Positions 35,881-50,194 of a stretch of DNA of 61,599 nt are shown here, one piece after another (positions within the stretch are counted from its first letter, which is position 1; each line of letters starts with the position of its first letter). The translations under genes were made by a program, and so were the position numbers. Below the pieces are notes generated by a model, which saw only the letters and a program-made list of their open reading frames with translations, made no database searches and had not been told where the DNA came from. This stretch comes from Girardia tigrina (Eukaryota). The stretch lies in contig MQRK01245204.1 of assembly GCA_001938485.1 (NCBI GenBank), positions 18,960 to 80,558 of the forward strand. Reading direction: 5' to 3'.

Positions 35881-36869
35881 CGAATCTTGATGGCCCACAA
35901 TCGATTAAACTCAGGTATTTATTACCGTTATATTTTGTTTCAACGATTGCCAATCGATACCATTTTTGTTTAACTGACAAACTTACCTTTTCCCATGTCA
36001 CTGGTGCTGGATCTTTCGACGATTACATAACAACAATTAACCGCACAGGAAGAAGTAGTAAGAGTGTTGAGATAATTATTAAAAACAAATAATAAAAGTA
36101 GTAAAAAATAAATTTTGTTTTAATTACTAAGATAAAATAAGATTTTATTTATCTTTTTATCCAAATAAATATAATTTATATATAAATAATTGAATTTAGA
36201 AAAAATAGAAAGATAAACAGTTAAGAATTTATATAAAGATATTTATTATAAAGAAATTATTAATTTGATTAAAAAAGTAAATATAGAAGAATAAAATTCA
36301 AGACGAAAGTATAAAAGGAAAAGATTTCAAGTTAGAAATAGACCTTAATTATATTTAAGTCAAGAAAAGGACCTTTAATTATATATAGCTAAAGACAGAA
36401 AAAGATAAAAGAAGAACTGTAAAAAGGAAAGATTCCTTAATTAACAAGTACAAAAATTATTTAAAAGGTCCAAACAGTAATTATTTTTCGGAATTTAATC
36501 TCCGAAATAATTATAAAGCAATTTCTTGAATGATAATAGCCGTAATTATCAGTCTGTTATATATATCTAAGGCTGCAATAATAAAAGGAAAAAAAGAGAA
36601 AATTGACTCAATTGAAATTGCGCTAATTGAAAGTACGAAACGAAAAATATTATTATTATGTATTTTTAATAATTATATTTTTATATATTTTAAAATCTAC
36701 TTGGAGCAAGCGAATTTCGTTTCTCCGTCTTACCCAATTTTTAAATTCCCCTAAATAAGATTAAGTTGTTTTTAAAAATATGCATTTGTTATTAATTGTA
36801 GATATTTAATATCAAGAATAAATATTTTATTAAAAAAATCTTCTTGATTTTTGATTTTCCATTTTTTAT

Positions 36870-38350
36870 ATCACCTCGATATCCCAATAGGAGCATTCCA
36901 ACAGATAAAGCAGGACATGGTCCAAACCACATCTTTCCGTTATCCAAACAGCTCTTTACCAATCACATCAACAACGTACTCGTCTAAATTAGCAATTGAA
37001 GCAGGTCTGATGCAACTGCACATCAGCGATCCGGAATTTCTTGAATCCTATTCATAGATACTCTCATCCGCTCAGAGAAGGTACTCCACCTTCGATAGAT
37101 GAATCCTTTGTTTTTTCTTTCTTTCAAACACTTCGAACACATCTTAATTGGTTGACCATCCATAACATACACTGACTACAAATCACTTTTCCAAATCTTC
37201 CAGATGAATAAATAGTCAACTCGGAAGTAGAGAAAAATAAGTTACCTATCCCAATTTACTATAGAAATAAAATTCATCTCTGGAGCCGATAACATCGCGG
37301 TTGATTGTGTTTTAGGAATCGAGTTTACATCCTTTGAGTTCGAACTGTTATTCACCTAAGAAATCCTGGAACAAAACCTGCCATCGGACAAAGACCTATC
37401 TATTTTAAAACATTGGCAAACTACTCTCGGGTCGCATTTATTTTTACACCCTAATTGTAGGCTGTCAGACACCTTCAAGGCGACATATTCAATTGTACAC
37501 TCTGGATCCAAGGCAACATATAAGCCATTGCGCAACAAATTCATTTGGCCATACATGTGAAGAGACATCAAATTATGGTGCAAAGCTTGCCTCTAACATC
37601 AATAAAACAAAAATTCTAGGTACAAAAAACACCGATACCGAGTTTTATAACAGGTAGTCGATTTAATATCATACACATGGGTATTGTTTGTCAGTTAACA
37701 CAATGTAAGGACTAATCCTATCGTCTAACGATTATCGATCGGAACACGCGTTGGCAGGAAAAGTTTTTGATAAGAAACATCAAAACCGAGTTAATTGTTG
37801 ATATTTTTGTCAACGATTGGATAGCAAAATTTTGAGTTCAGAAAGGCATTATCACGAACCAATGACTCAAGTTTGAGTCAAACATTTTCAAAAACCTCCT
37901 CAAAAGGTTTTGAACCCAACGACTCAAAACAAAGACAATACACCCACAGTCAAATATCTTTAACAAAAGACTACACAGAACGTCGAAGAACCTTTTGAGG
38001 AAAGTCTGCACAACTACTACATATACATACAACATATCCATTATAAATGAAATTTTCTTAAGCAACAGTCCCATTAATGATCACCATATGGAACTGGCAA
38101 GGAAAACAGTTCAACAATCTAGACACATCCACACCAGGACACGGAGCATTCAAAATACACGTACGCAGGGATTTTAGTACTGCAAAATTCATATGGCTGA
38201 TCTGTGAACAACCAATGTCACTACAAACTAAATACACTGGCCAACACCGCAAGTTAAAAATCAATACCAACAATAACACAGCCATTATGTACTTCAACGG
38301 TACGAAACGCACGGTAAATATATGTAAACTTAAACCCTGCATTAACATAA
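36870..38350 (+). mobile_element. degenerate Ty3/Gypsy pol (RNase H and integrase)
   Basis: AFQQIKQDM, SSAQRRYSTFDR, YTDYKSL, GADNIA, HSGSKAT..WPYM*RDIKLWCKAC, LTIIDRNTRW, VNICKLKPC; many stops and frameshifts. Confidence 0.85.
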
Positions 38351-38739
38351 ATGAATGTTATGTACCTCTACATTACTTTGTTGTTTTCTTTAAGTATTTT
38401 ATTTTTTCATTAGTTGTTTGTAATTCTGTATTTTGTTTTCTTTTAATTTAAAGTAGTTAAATTGATCGATTTGGAAAACTCTGTATATTAATAATCAAAC
38501 AATCTTATTGATATTCGTGATTTAGATTATATTCGCTCTATGAATTCTTCCTAGTAAATATTTCTTGACAAAATATCAAAAATATTCATTATGTTTGCTT
38601 GATAAAATTTTTATGATTTTTTTAAAAAAAAATTCATATGAAATTATTGTCGGTATTTTAAAGAAAGAAACTGAAAATGTTATTGTTTTAATTAAATAAT
38701 TTTTTGTAAAAATGCGTCTAATCAATTTAAAATTATGGA

Positions 38740-39226
38740 TCGAACAAAGGTTGAACACGGTACTTATTAATCCGCACATGAACAGAACGATCGACCCGGC
38801 TATCAAAACGACCGATGACGATACCGGCTACTATCACAACCGGGACCACTTAGGTGGAAATAATGTCCGGGAAATTTATGTTGCCCCATAATTCACAATT
38901 CAGTCACGATAATGAAGATCAAGATACTTCCACCACTAGTAACAGAAAACTGGTTTCCTTCACACCTCAGTGAAAATCTCCAACGCATCCTACCTTATTC
39001 CCTAACTATCACAACACATACCCCATTTAGCTTCGTATCTTAGAGAGTGGGAGCTAATGTTATATTTCTTTACACAAACAATATGTTTTTGGTTTAATTA
39101 ATTGACGAGAGCTGAAGAGTCAGATGAGATAAGATTGGACAACAAAAAAGATAATTAAAAATATGTTTGTTTGAACGAGAAAAAAAGTTGTGTCATTTTT
39201 AAAAAAAATAATTGTCGAATAAAATG
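38740..39226 (+). mobile_element. Gypsy 3' remnant with PPT and LTR start
   Basis: IKTTDDDTGYYHNRDHL resembles an integrase C-terminus; purine tract AGAGAGTGGGAG followed by TGTTATA at ~39058. Confidence 0.45.
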
Positions 39227-39228
39227 TA

Positions 39229-40523
39229 CAGGGTGTCCCAAAAATATGTATACACATTAAAAATTTAATTTTATTGATTAAAAAAGTAAAAATAAATAAA
39301 ATATTTATTTATATTGGTCACAGTTTGTTCTCAAACTGACGTCCATCTTGATCCAGACACTTCTGACAACGCGAAGCAATGGAATCGCACACATCAACAA
39401 ACAATTCCCTTGGTATTTTGCTGCATTCATGTTCAATTGCTTCTCTCAATTCAGCGATTGTTGCAGGTTTCTTAGCGTAGACTTTGTCTTTTAAGTATCC
39501 CCATAAGAAAAAATCTAGTGGTGNNNNNNNNNNNNNNNNNNNNNNNNNNNNNNNNNNNNNNNNNNNNNNNNNNNNNNNNNNNNNNNNNNNNNNNNNNNNN
39601 NNNNNNNNNNNNNNNNNNNNNNNNNNNNNNNNNNNNNNNNNNNNNNNNNNNNNNNNNNNNNNNNNNNNNNNNNNNNNNNNNNNNNNNNNNNNNNNNNNNN
39701 NNNNNNNNNNNNNNNNNNNNNNNNNNNNNNNNNNNNNNNNNNNNNNNNNNNNNNNNNNNNNNNNNNNNNNNNNNNNNNNNNNNNNNNNNNNNNNNNNNNN
39801 NNNNNNNNNNNNNNNNNNNNNNNNNNNNNNNNNNNNNNNNNNNNNNNNNNNNNNNNNNNNNNNNNNNNNNNNNNNNNNNNNNNNNNNNNNNNNNNNNNNN
39901 NNNNNNNNNNNNNNNNNNNNNNNNNNNNNNNNNNNNNNNNNNNNNNNNNNNNNNNNNNNNNNNNNNNNNNNNNNNNNNNNNNNNNNNNNNNNNNNNNNNN
40001 NNNNNNNNNNNNNNNNNNNNNNNNNNNNNNNNNNNNNNNNNNNNNNNNNNNNNNNNNNNNNNNNNNNNNNNNNNNNNNNNNNNNNNNNNNNNNNNNNNNN
40101 NNNNNNNNNNNNNNNNNNNNNNNNNNNNNNNNNNNNNNNNNNNNNNNNNNNNNNNNNNNNNNNNNNNNNNNNNNNNNNNNNNNNNNNNNNNNNNNNNNNN
40201 NNNNNNNNNNNNNNNNNNNNNNNNNNNNNNNNNNNNNNNNTCGCGTTGGAGGTTCTTTTTTAAATTCCTTCCTGAATTGTTTTTGTACTTCATGTACATT
40301 TTCATATTTCCAGTAGTATTTCATAATAAATTTTCTTTCTTCGAAGTTAAGCCTGCATGGCATTCCTATGATAGGGACTGAATCTACAAAAAACCTTTTT
40401 ATGTTAAAAAAACTATTTATATTAAATATAATGAAAGTTAAACATAAATAAAATTCAATAAAATTCAATAAAATTCAATAAAATTCAATTTTTAATGTGT
40501 ATACATATTTTTGGGACACCCTG
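39229..40523 (-). mobile_element. young Tc1/mariner element, rosa (DD41D)-like; transposase 40363->39318 with the middle in an N gap
   Basis: Perfect ~37-bp TIRs CAGGGTGTCCCAAAAATATGTATACACATTAAAAATT, TA TSD; MPCRLNFEERKFIMKYY...; PLDFFLWGYLKDKVY...RCQKCLDQDGRQFENKL*. Triad spacing is hidden by the gap. Confidence 0.9.
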
Positions 40524-41736
40524 TATTGCTACTACTTTTACAACTAGATTTCATTTCTCTATTAACCATAAGTAAATGATCGATTGTTCGCTGCTGTATG
40601 TCAGAAATCAGAAGAGGTGGCCACCTCTTAAAATGTTGAGTCGAATCCGATGCACCATCGGTCATTGTAATTTGCAATTCATTGTACACTTGACAATAGC
40701 ACCTATTTTCAGTCACCCTTTGGAACAACGACAATAAATGGCAGAGTCCTTCCCTACACGGAGATAAATACACAACGGTAATCAAAACGAATGACTAAAA
40801 GGACCATTAGAAGTAACAAACTAGTCAGTAAACTCAAAGAAAATAATGTTTAATTGGAATAAGCAAGGCTAACTGACGAAAATCGACTAAATTTATCGGA
40901 ACAATTGTACTGAAACTTTTGATATAAAAAATATTAATTCGGGCATTATTTCTTACCATGACCAGTGGCAGTATCAATTATAAATCCATTATCATTTATT
41001 ACTTTGGAAATAATTATCATAAAATAAACACAAAATCATAATTTTGCGTAGAGTACTCTCATATTTTAGATTTTTATTTTACAAAATATTTTTATATTGA
41101 CCGGAAAATAATTTTAATAAAAAAAATTTAATCAATTTTTTATCTTGTTAATTATTTTATTAACATTTTACAATCATCAATTAAAAATTGTAATATTAAA
41201 ATAACATGTATTGATCTGACATATTAAATTTTATTTAAATTAAAAAGTAAAAATAATTACTAAAAGCAATTATATTAATTAAAATTGAGATTTTTTTTTC
41301 TATAAAAATTACAAGTTTTAACTGTGTTCTTTTAGATTTAATCTTCAATGTTAAGTACCTAATAATATCGTTTTTAAAAGTTCTTCATTCAATAATTCAT
41401 AATAATCTTTGATTGCATCTTTCAGTTGTTAAATCAACATTAAATGTTTGAAGTTAAATCTTCTTTGTAGGTTAGGCAAAAGCCCAAAATCAGCTGATGG
41501 TAATTCAGGTTAATAACCTAATCAAGAGAAGTCAAATTCTCTTCTGATAAATCTTTCCCTAAAATTTTACTTGAGCAATTCCATTGTGCTCTTACTATAT
41601 GAGAATAAATACCATTTTGTGAAAAGATATTACAGAGGAATTTTCTTTATCTATTAAGTTCAGAAACAACCATAGAGAAAAGAACAATCGTCAAAATTAA
41701 GGAAAAACTTAACTAAACCTTTATTTAGGGAGTTGT

Positions 41737-42155
41737 CAGAGCCGTAGTGAGGGCGGTGCGAGCGGTGCGGCCACACCGGGCGCATGGGCGCCAAAATCGC
41801 AAAATGACCAATTTTAATTTTGTTTGTTTTTATTATATATTAAAGTTGAAAATTTATAAAATCAAAATGTTGTTAGTTTTTGGTTATTATTTTATGCGCA
41901 ATATGGCAACAACAATTTAAGTGATTTTGTATTATTTATTAATTATCTATAATCTATTTGGCAATCTATTTGGTTAATCTATAATTTCATTGCAAGGCTT
42001 AAGCATCAATGCTGCGTCATAGAGCATGTGAATACGAACGTCCAAAGTCAATTTAATTCTTTTAAAACATTATTTGTAGTAGTGAATCTTTTTCGCGCTG
42101 GGGGCGCCAGATTTGAACTTCACACAGGGCGCAATATTTCCTAACTACGGCTCTG
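41737..42155. mobile_element. hAT MITE
   Basis: TIRs CAGAGCCGTAGT / ACTACGGCTCTG; perfect 8-bp TSD GGAGTTGT. Confidence 0.92.
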
Positions 42156-44058
42156 GGAGTTGTTGCATTGTTGTGAGTCAAAGTTGTCCATCTCCTTTGG
42201 ACAACCAAATAAGACTACTTTTCTCATTGTAACTGTTATTAAGATCAAAGGAACATTCACTACTATAAAGAATGCAAGATAAAAGATATATGATCATCTT
42301 TAAAATCCTAATGAAAAGTTCTTAAAGACTGTACATAATATCTCATTGTATTTATTAATGATGATAATTAATAGTTTCCATTAGAGTCCTATGAAAAATA
42401 CATTTAGAAAAATGGGTTTATCAGCCAAGGATTTGATTGTGTTTATTATTGAAACTTTTACGTTCGTTTTCAAAAATAACACTAAAAATTTATTTCTATA
42501 ACAATTGGAAACAAATTTCAGAAGAACCATGTTTTCTTATTTTGCACCAACCAGTTATAATAAAAATACTAAATATAATATCGATATTGTATATTTAAAT
42601 TTAATATCACACTTGCTGTTTTTGTATTTTCTTTAATTTTAGAAATAGAGACCACATTCTGACAATTTTTATATTTTACTGAAATTAGAATTTACATTCT
42701 AATTTTACTTAATTTAATTATAATTGTTATCCATTTAAAATAAAATGACTAATTCCGATTCTAAGATTTATTAATTATAACACAATATCTATAATCTCGA
42801 CTATTAAATGGGGAAAATAGTGATGTTATAATGACTCACATTTTCAAAGCCTTTTCATTGGTTTACACTCTCAAACACACATATCAGCATACATTCAACA
42901 TCAGACAAGTAACCCATTTTATTGTATCATCACAACTGACTTTACACAATCAATGTCATCAGCAATCACACAATAATTATTACGCAACTAACCATAGTTA
43001 TTTCAGGTAGTAACAAACAATATTTATTACGTAACTATTCCTACTCACAATAATGATTTTATTTTAAAAATGTTTTTCTTTTCAACGTAACATTTTTCAA
43101 AAATGTATAAATTTACGAATTCGCCAAAATCCTAACATAAACTATTTCCTATTTCAGGATAGTTCTCATTTGAATTTCTTCCACTTCAGAAACTTTTATT
43201 CAATAACCATGTTTTATATCATAGTTCTATATCATAGAACAATGATTATAAGATACTGATAAGAGGAATTTTTATTTGTAAGTTTGTTTTCTTATTATAA
43301 CCTCTTAGACTCCGGCGAATGTTTCTATATTAACATATAGTGCTTGACAAGTATTAATTTTTCGTTCAATAAGCAATAAATTAAAATAAAATTCCAGCAC
43401 GTATTTTTCAAATTTTTATCAGAATTAAATAAAATTACTTATACAAGAAAATACACTGTCAATTAACACTTTACATATATTTATAAGAGGGCATAATTTG
43501 CTTTTCCATTTATGGTCAAATTTAGCTGTAATGATTCACATTCATTTTGAGCTCCCAAAACAATATAAACTTTCGTACGCAAATTTTCAAAAATTTATTT
43601 ATTTCAATACTCGTACTAATCCCATTATTTTATAGATTTGTAGAGGTACACAGGTACCATAATTATTTTTTTATTTCAATTAAATAATATAGTTATTTAC
43701 ATTAATTAGACTTATTTATATTTTTATGTTTTTTATTTTATTTTATTTGTTTTTTTCCTTGTCACTAACGTTTCTGGAAGACCTATTATTATATGGTTGT
43801 TCCAGTGATTGGATAAATAAAAAGAAAAGATGAAGAAATTATTATAAATTAAATTATTATTGCTATAAATCATTATAATTTAAAAATTCAATAATACAAA
43901 TGTAAAACGAGTTAATAAACGCACAAGATATATTGGCTTACTAACTCGTTTTAACAAAAAATAAATAAATAAATATATCAAATAAATTTTAATTAAACAA
44001 AACTATATTTTAAAATAATTAACTAACATACAAGATATAGACATAAAAATATTGACGG

Positions 44059-44306
44059 TCACGAAGAAACAGGGATGTAGGTTTCCACAGACAAATTCAA
44101 CAATATTTTCTGGAAACAGAGATAAACGGCAATATGGACAAATTGTAGCAATATAAATCCAAATGAAAGGTTTGCGATTTTACCAAAAAAAGCCGAAATA
44201 TTGTCTATTATTATCTGATAAGATTGTGTGAAGAAATTTTGGAATAGAATATAGTTTCTGTACCTCCAGTGTTTCTATTGTTGTTGGAAGGATGACTGTT
44301 TGGTTT
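44059..44306 (-). CDS. possible last two exons of an unidentified gene with a hydrophobic C-terminus
   Basis: Exons 44264-44306 and 44059-44214 joined over a 49-bp GT-AG intron give NQTVILPTTIETLE/IIIDNISAFFGKIANLSFGFILLQFVHIAVYLCFQKILLNLSVETYIPVSS*. No homology recognised. Confidence 0.3.
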
Positions 44307-44378
44307 CTATCAATTGCATTAATTAATCGAATTTTAATCGATTTATATTTTTTAAATTTATATATATTATTTATATTT

Positions 44379-44433
<55 letters not shown>

Positions 44434-44980
44434 ATTTATTATAAATAATTAATAAATAGTAGGGTACTACAACAACCAACAGATATTATATGTTTTACTT
44501 TGCTGATTTCAGAATTTAAAAAATATCGAATTAAATCACTTTCAGAATAATTCAAAATCAAACTCAAACATCCACCGAAATTTTTTCCTATCTACAGTAG
44601 ACTAAACAATCTTTTGTTATTCATAGATATCCATTCGACTAGTCGAATATTTCTCTGCTTCAGTTTTCAAATACCTGAAAACTATCTCAAAAAATTCAAT
44701 TCATTCCATAGCCTTGGAATTGCTTCTCTTTAGATCACCGACAATTATGTTTTGTGACTATTTGCATCACAGACAATTATCTGTTCATTTATTACTAGTA
44801 GCCATTATTCTAACGGATTTTTCGTAGGTAATTTTTGAGTATATTGTTGATTTGTTCTCTAGACTTTTCCTTTTCTGTGATTATTCAAATTCCTTGTTTT
44901 CTCTGAGTTATTGGTCATTTTATAATTTATTATTAAAGATAAAAAAAACAAAAAAATCATATAAATATAAAAAAATCTAA

Positions 44981-45500
44981 TTAATATAAATAAATATATT
45001 ATTTAATTCAAATAAAAAACTAATTATGGTCCCAGTGTCAGAAGTGTTTGTAACATCAATTTCAGAAATCATTTTTACTCAATTTATATATTTATTATAA
45101 ACAATTTTCAACTATTTTCTTAATTAATAACCAATCCGCCGATCTCTATTTTCAAATATTTTTTTATTTAAAATTTCAATCAAATCAAAATAATATTTAA
45201 TTTTTTAATTTTAAATTTTTAATAAAAAATATTTATGATAATTATTATTTTACATATATTAATAAATTTTTTAATAGAATTCAAATTTTGACTAAAATTA
45301 TTAATTTTAAAACTACTTAATATTTAAAAATATTTAAGTATCATTCTAATTAAAATTTTGAATTTGATTTAAAATCTAAATATTTTTTTAACTATTTAAA
45401 TTTCGGTCAGCGAACTAAAAATTAACAAACTCCTCATACTTATTAATATAAATAAATATATTCTTTAATTCAAATAAAAAACTACTTATGGTCCCAATGT
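44981..45500. repeat. ~58-bp direct repeat pair (~44981-45038 and ~45443-45500)
   Basis: TTAATATAAATAAATATATTnTTTAATTCAAATAAAAAACTAnTTATGGTCCCAnTGT occurs twice. Confidence 0.8.
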
Positions 45501-46455
45501 ACCTCTACAAGAATAAAACCCCTACTCGATCGTACATATTATATTATTTTTGAAGTTTCCATATCAGTATCTGATTTATAAATCCACTCTCTATATCTAA
45601 TTTTTCCTTAAAATGTAAGAAAATTTTCATCTTATATTTTACCAAAACGATTTTCCCAATATATTAAATATATCTCATTTTTATAAATAATTCTCATCAG
45701 AAAAGGTATTTAACATATCAAAATTTGTAACAATTTTCGACTAAAATTTATCATCCAAACATAAATAGGAAACACAAAATTTGAAAAAGATAAATCGAAA
45801 ATAATTCAGCATAAGTCTTAATAAAAATATTAAACAAAAGAGGATCGGGAATCGATAGGTAATTGCGATCTATCTTTGACAAGTAAAACTGAGAAATAAA
45901 AAGAGAGTTACAAAAGAATGAAAACAGATAATCCTAACTGTATATTCTTATCGCTAAAAGGAAAAAATCCTTTGATTTTGAATTGTTTCATGTTTTTTAA
46001 TGTAAATATTGTAGAAATTATTGGACCGAACAAATTTCGATAAACAAAAGAAAACAAAAAAATAAATCCGTTTCAATTTCTGTTAAATTTACTCCTGATT
46101 CATAGGACCAAATGATCCGGGTTATTATTTTGAACTGTATACAAATAACAAAAAATATTCCAAGTTTTGTAAAAGCTGAGTGGATAGAATTGATTTGGAC
46201 TTAAAATTTTTATGCTTTTAACACAATTTTAAAAGGAGAATGTAATTAAATAGATTTCAAATTGGAACAACAACATAGAACAGTAAATTATGTCAACTTA
46301 ACTCGAAAAATGGATTTCTTCAAAATTAGTGTGTCAACATTTTCAGAAAATTTCTAGAAAAAAATAGTAAAATAATTGTTAGCTTGTTCGTTAAATTCGG
46401 TAAATAACAACGATAAATTACACGAAAGATGTATTTAAAAGAAACCGTAAATCAC

Positions 46456-46900
46456 TCAGAGTTCTTCGAATTTTTCAAATTGTCGCACTTTACTCCACGC
46501 ACTCAAACAACTGAATTTATATTTCGTTATTATTGTCGTTTTCGCCATCACACGCCCCCGTGATATCACCATCATACATCTCGTAGTCGCTGAACCAATC
46601 AGGTACTCGTCTAACCCTCTTCGATCTGCGTGAATCCGGGACAAGACTCTGGTCGCTCATTTCATCATCATCGTCGATGACCCTCTTCTCGCGGGTGGTG
46701 ATTCATTTCTGGCTTCTTCCACTGTGTCTGTAGTTGCGGGTTTTGATTTCGGTATCACGTACCTTAAATCTGCAACATACCTAGGTATTCCATCCACTTC
46801 AATCGATGTTTCGGAGTTGACTCGTGACACAACTCCCTTCTTTCAACACGTTTTACATCGTGCTCCCCATAACTAACTCCCCATAAAAAACGTTTGATAT
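46456..46900 (-). mobile_element. LTR-retrotransposon 3' remnant (integrase tail, PPT, LTR start)
   Basis: RRSKRVRRVPDWFSDYEM tail, then CACGGGGGCGTG|TGATGG. Confidence 0.6.
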
Positions 46901-47698
46901 CAAATAGAAAATTACCAATTATTGGGATTACATATTTATTTAGGGTTATAAAAAAATTGGTCACTAAAATTTGAAAAGTTGACCGATCCTTATGCAGTAG
47001 ACTTCGTATAACACGAGTTTTTTAGAACGCGATTTCCTGCAATTTTACTTATATCTCATTTTTTACATATTTATCCTAACATCATTCGCGTTACGCAAGT
47101 TTTTCATCATTCAATGCGATTTTATGTAACTATTTCATCCAACACTTTTCAAATATACGTGATGAAGGCAATGCTACAACTAAAACCCAGCTGAAAGATT
47201 TGATCGACCTGAACTTTCTATTTTTTACACAGGTACATTGTGGGATTTTTATCGAGTGATATTTAATAACGTTATTAGATCTATGAAGATAAGGATTTTA
47301 TTTTTGTAAGCTTTAACATGTTTTACGTGATTTTTTATCACATTTTATCTTGCTGATAATCAATGTATAACTGTTCACTGTGACAGGCAACCATAAAACA
47401 TATCTAATTTTTGATAAGAATTTTTCACAAAAATAAGAGGAACCAAAGAACACTTTGTGTTTTAGAATAATTTTTACAATTAAAATAATAAATATTTATT
47501 ATTGTTATTAAAGATGTCTGATAAAGGTTATCGAATATACACAATGATTGTTGTAATTAAAACTCAAGTTAAAAGTAAATAAAATCTTACATAAGTGTTA
47601 TTTACCGGACCTCTCTTTATAGGTTCTCATCCAAAAACCTTTACTCGAAAATTATTTATAAAAATTATTTTTTCTTGGGTCACCTCATATAATATATA

Positions 47699-48822
47699 TT
47701 AGGTGTACAAGTATGAAATGCGGATTTCAGAAAACGGATTGTGCACAATGCAAAAAGTAGGTCAATGGTTAGGCAATGATGTCATAATATTGAGTAATTA
47801 TGTAGNNNNNNNNNNNNNNNNNNNNNNNNNNNNNNNNNNNNNNNNNNNNNNNNNNNNNNNNNNNNNNNNNNNNNNNNNNNNNNNNNNNNNNNNNNNNNNN
47901 NNNNNNNNNNNNNNNNNNNNNNNNNNNNNNNNNNNNNNNNNNNNNNNNNNNNNNNNNNNNNNNNNNNNNNNNNNNNNNNNNNNNNNNNNNNNNNNNNNNN
48001 NNNNNNNNNNNNNNNNNNNNNNNNNNNNNNNNNNNNNNNNNNNNNNNNNNNNNNNNNNNNNNNNNNNNNNNNNNNNNNNNNNNNNNNNNNNNNNNNNNNN
48101 NNNNNNNNNNNNNNNNNNNNNNNNNNNNNNNNNNNNNNNNNNNNNNNNNNNNNNNNNNNNNNNNNNNNNNNNNNNNNNNNNNNNNNNNNNNNNNNNNNNN
48201 NNNNNNNNNNNNNNNNNNNNNNNNNNNNNNNNNNNNNNNNNNNNNNNNNNNNNNNNNNNNNNNNNNNNNNNNNNNNNNNNNNNNNNNNNNNNNNNNNNNN
48301 NNNNNNNNNNNNNNNNNNNNNNNNNNNNNNNNNNNNNNNNNNNNNNNNNNNNNNNNNNNNNNNNNNNNNNNNNNNNNNNNNNNNNNNNNNNNNNNNNNNN
48401 NNNNNNNNNNNNNNNNNNNNNNNNNNNNNNNNNNNNNNNNNNNNNNNNNNNNNNNNNNNNNNNNNNNNNNNNNNNNNNNNNNNNNNNNNNNNNNNNNNNN
48501 NNNNNNNNNNNNNNNNNNNNNNNNNNNNNNNNNNNNNNNNNNNNNNNNNNNNNNNNNNNNNNNNNNNNNNNNNNNNNNNNNNNNNNNNNNNNNNNNNNNN
48601 NNNNNNNNNNNNNNNNNNNNNNNNNNNNNNNNNNNNNNNNNNNNNNNNNNNNNNNNNNNNNNNNNNNNNNNNNNNNNNNNNNNNNNNNNNNNNNNNNNNN
48701 NNNNNNNNNNAATGTATCATTAGTAATGGAGCATATTTTGAATAAAGCTTTTTTTATCGTTCTTTTGTTTTTAACGTATTTCTTTTCAAAATTTAATCCG
48801 CATTTCATACTTGTACACCTAA
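47699..48822 (+). mobile_element. young mariner element, interior in an N gap
   Basis: Perfect 28-bp TIRs TTAGGTGTACAAGTATGAAATGCGGATT, TA TSD; transposase end CIISNGAYFE*. Confidence 0.9.
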
Positions 48823-49781
48823 TATTAGTTATACCAAATATTTTACCATTATTTAACCTTCTCCGTTGTAAAATAATTATTTAAATTAATATTGAAATTA
48901 AAAATTATTAAATTAAATATTTTTTTTATTAAAATATAATTATTAGATGACAGAAATTATTAAAATATTTTTTTGGATGAAATGCGATTTTAATTTTTTT
49001 CTGGTACAATTGTGATTTTTTTATTACGATTTGGAGAATAATCAAAAAAGGGAAAAGATTAAAATTAAAATTTACTTTAATATTCTACTAGTTTACTTTC
49101 ATCATATTTTACTTTTTCGATTATAATTTTACTGTGTAACCCTTTGAGTTCAATGTGATTATCACGTAGGATTACCGTTTCTTTGAGCTTAATCGGTTAA
49201 TATTTGATGTGGATTCCCATTTAACTTTTAGCTTAAACTTTATATTTATAACTTATTATTTAAAGACGATTTATTATTGTTATAAATATTTTCTATTTAT
49301 TTTTTTTCAATGTATTTGTGTTTTATTTATTTTAAAATAATTATTAATATTGTTAATTTAAAATTTCATTCGCCTCATTTAAATGAATTATTCAAATTAT
49401 TTTTTGACTAAAACTTACATTAGAATAAAAAACACGAAAAGTTAAAATTGTAAATTTATAATTAAGCATTTAAAAAATAACCTTTTGGGAATAATTTTTT
49501 GAAATAATTATTCATTGTTGATTATTTTTGTTAAAAAAAATATATATATAAAAAAATTAAAAAAAAATTTCTATGCATTAAATCATATATATACATGTAT
49601 ATGTTATGTCGAATACACAAATTCTGTAAAAATATTCAAAAATACCATTTATAAAATATATAAATTAAAAATGAACGATTCTCTATTTAAAATGAAAAAT
49701 TCTACATTTAATTGAAAAACATTATCAATTTAAAATGAAAACCCTTTACCAGTAATTTACTTAAATTATTATTAAAATTAG

Positions 49782-50194
49782 ATGATATATCATGTTCATC
49801 AACTCGACAAAAGCCATCAACCCAGCAGTATCAATAATTATAAGAAATGATTTTCAATGAATGATTCTGTTCATCCATTTAATGACCTTCTAAAGTCTTT
49901 CGTCGCCTTCAGGTGGTCGACTATGAGAAACAAACTTTCTCACCACTTATGACAAGATTTTTCAGGAAAAGAGTGCGCTCTCTTTTGGACTGGTTTTTTC
50001 CTGAACTTTTTCAGGAGACAAATGATGATCAGTTTTTAGACAGTGAACTGTTTAGTATTCAGATCTCAGTAATACTCAGCATAATTACCGTATTTTCACA
50101 TGTAAAAGATCCTTTTAAATTATTTCGCCTGTTCACCAAGACAAGACATCATTCTAGTTCGTTTTTTATTACTACTAATATTAATAGTTATTGA
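49782..50194 (+). CDS. possible spliced orphan ORF
   Basis: 49782-49827, 49896-50054 and 50109-50194 with 68- and 54-bp GT-AG introns stay in frame: MIYHVHQLDKSHQPSIFRRLQVVDYEK...RKRVRSLLDWFFPELF...; locally GC-richer; no homology recognised. Confidence 0.3.

Noticed and set aside
39108-39155. CTGAAGAGTC...GAC resembling a hammerhead ribozyme core
   Set aside because: The required GAAA after stem II is absent, and no stems I or III could be built.
40451-40490. AAATTCAATA x4 as a CRISPR-like array
   Set aside because: No spacers; it is a simple tandem expansion next to a TIR in eukaryotic DNA.
41390-41730. Possible very old mariner (PELPSADFGLLPNLQ) on the minus strand
   Set aside because: Too degenerate to delimit or call.
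39472-48884. Long ORFs of 259-393 aa at 39.5-40.5 kb and 47.7-48.9 kb
   Set aside because: Artefacts of N gaps; only the TE-derived ends are real.
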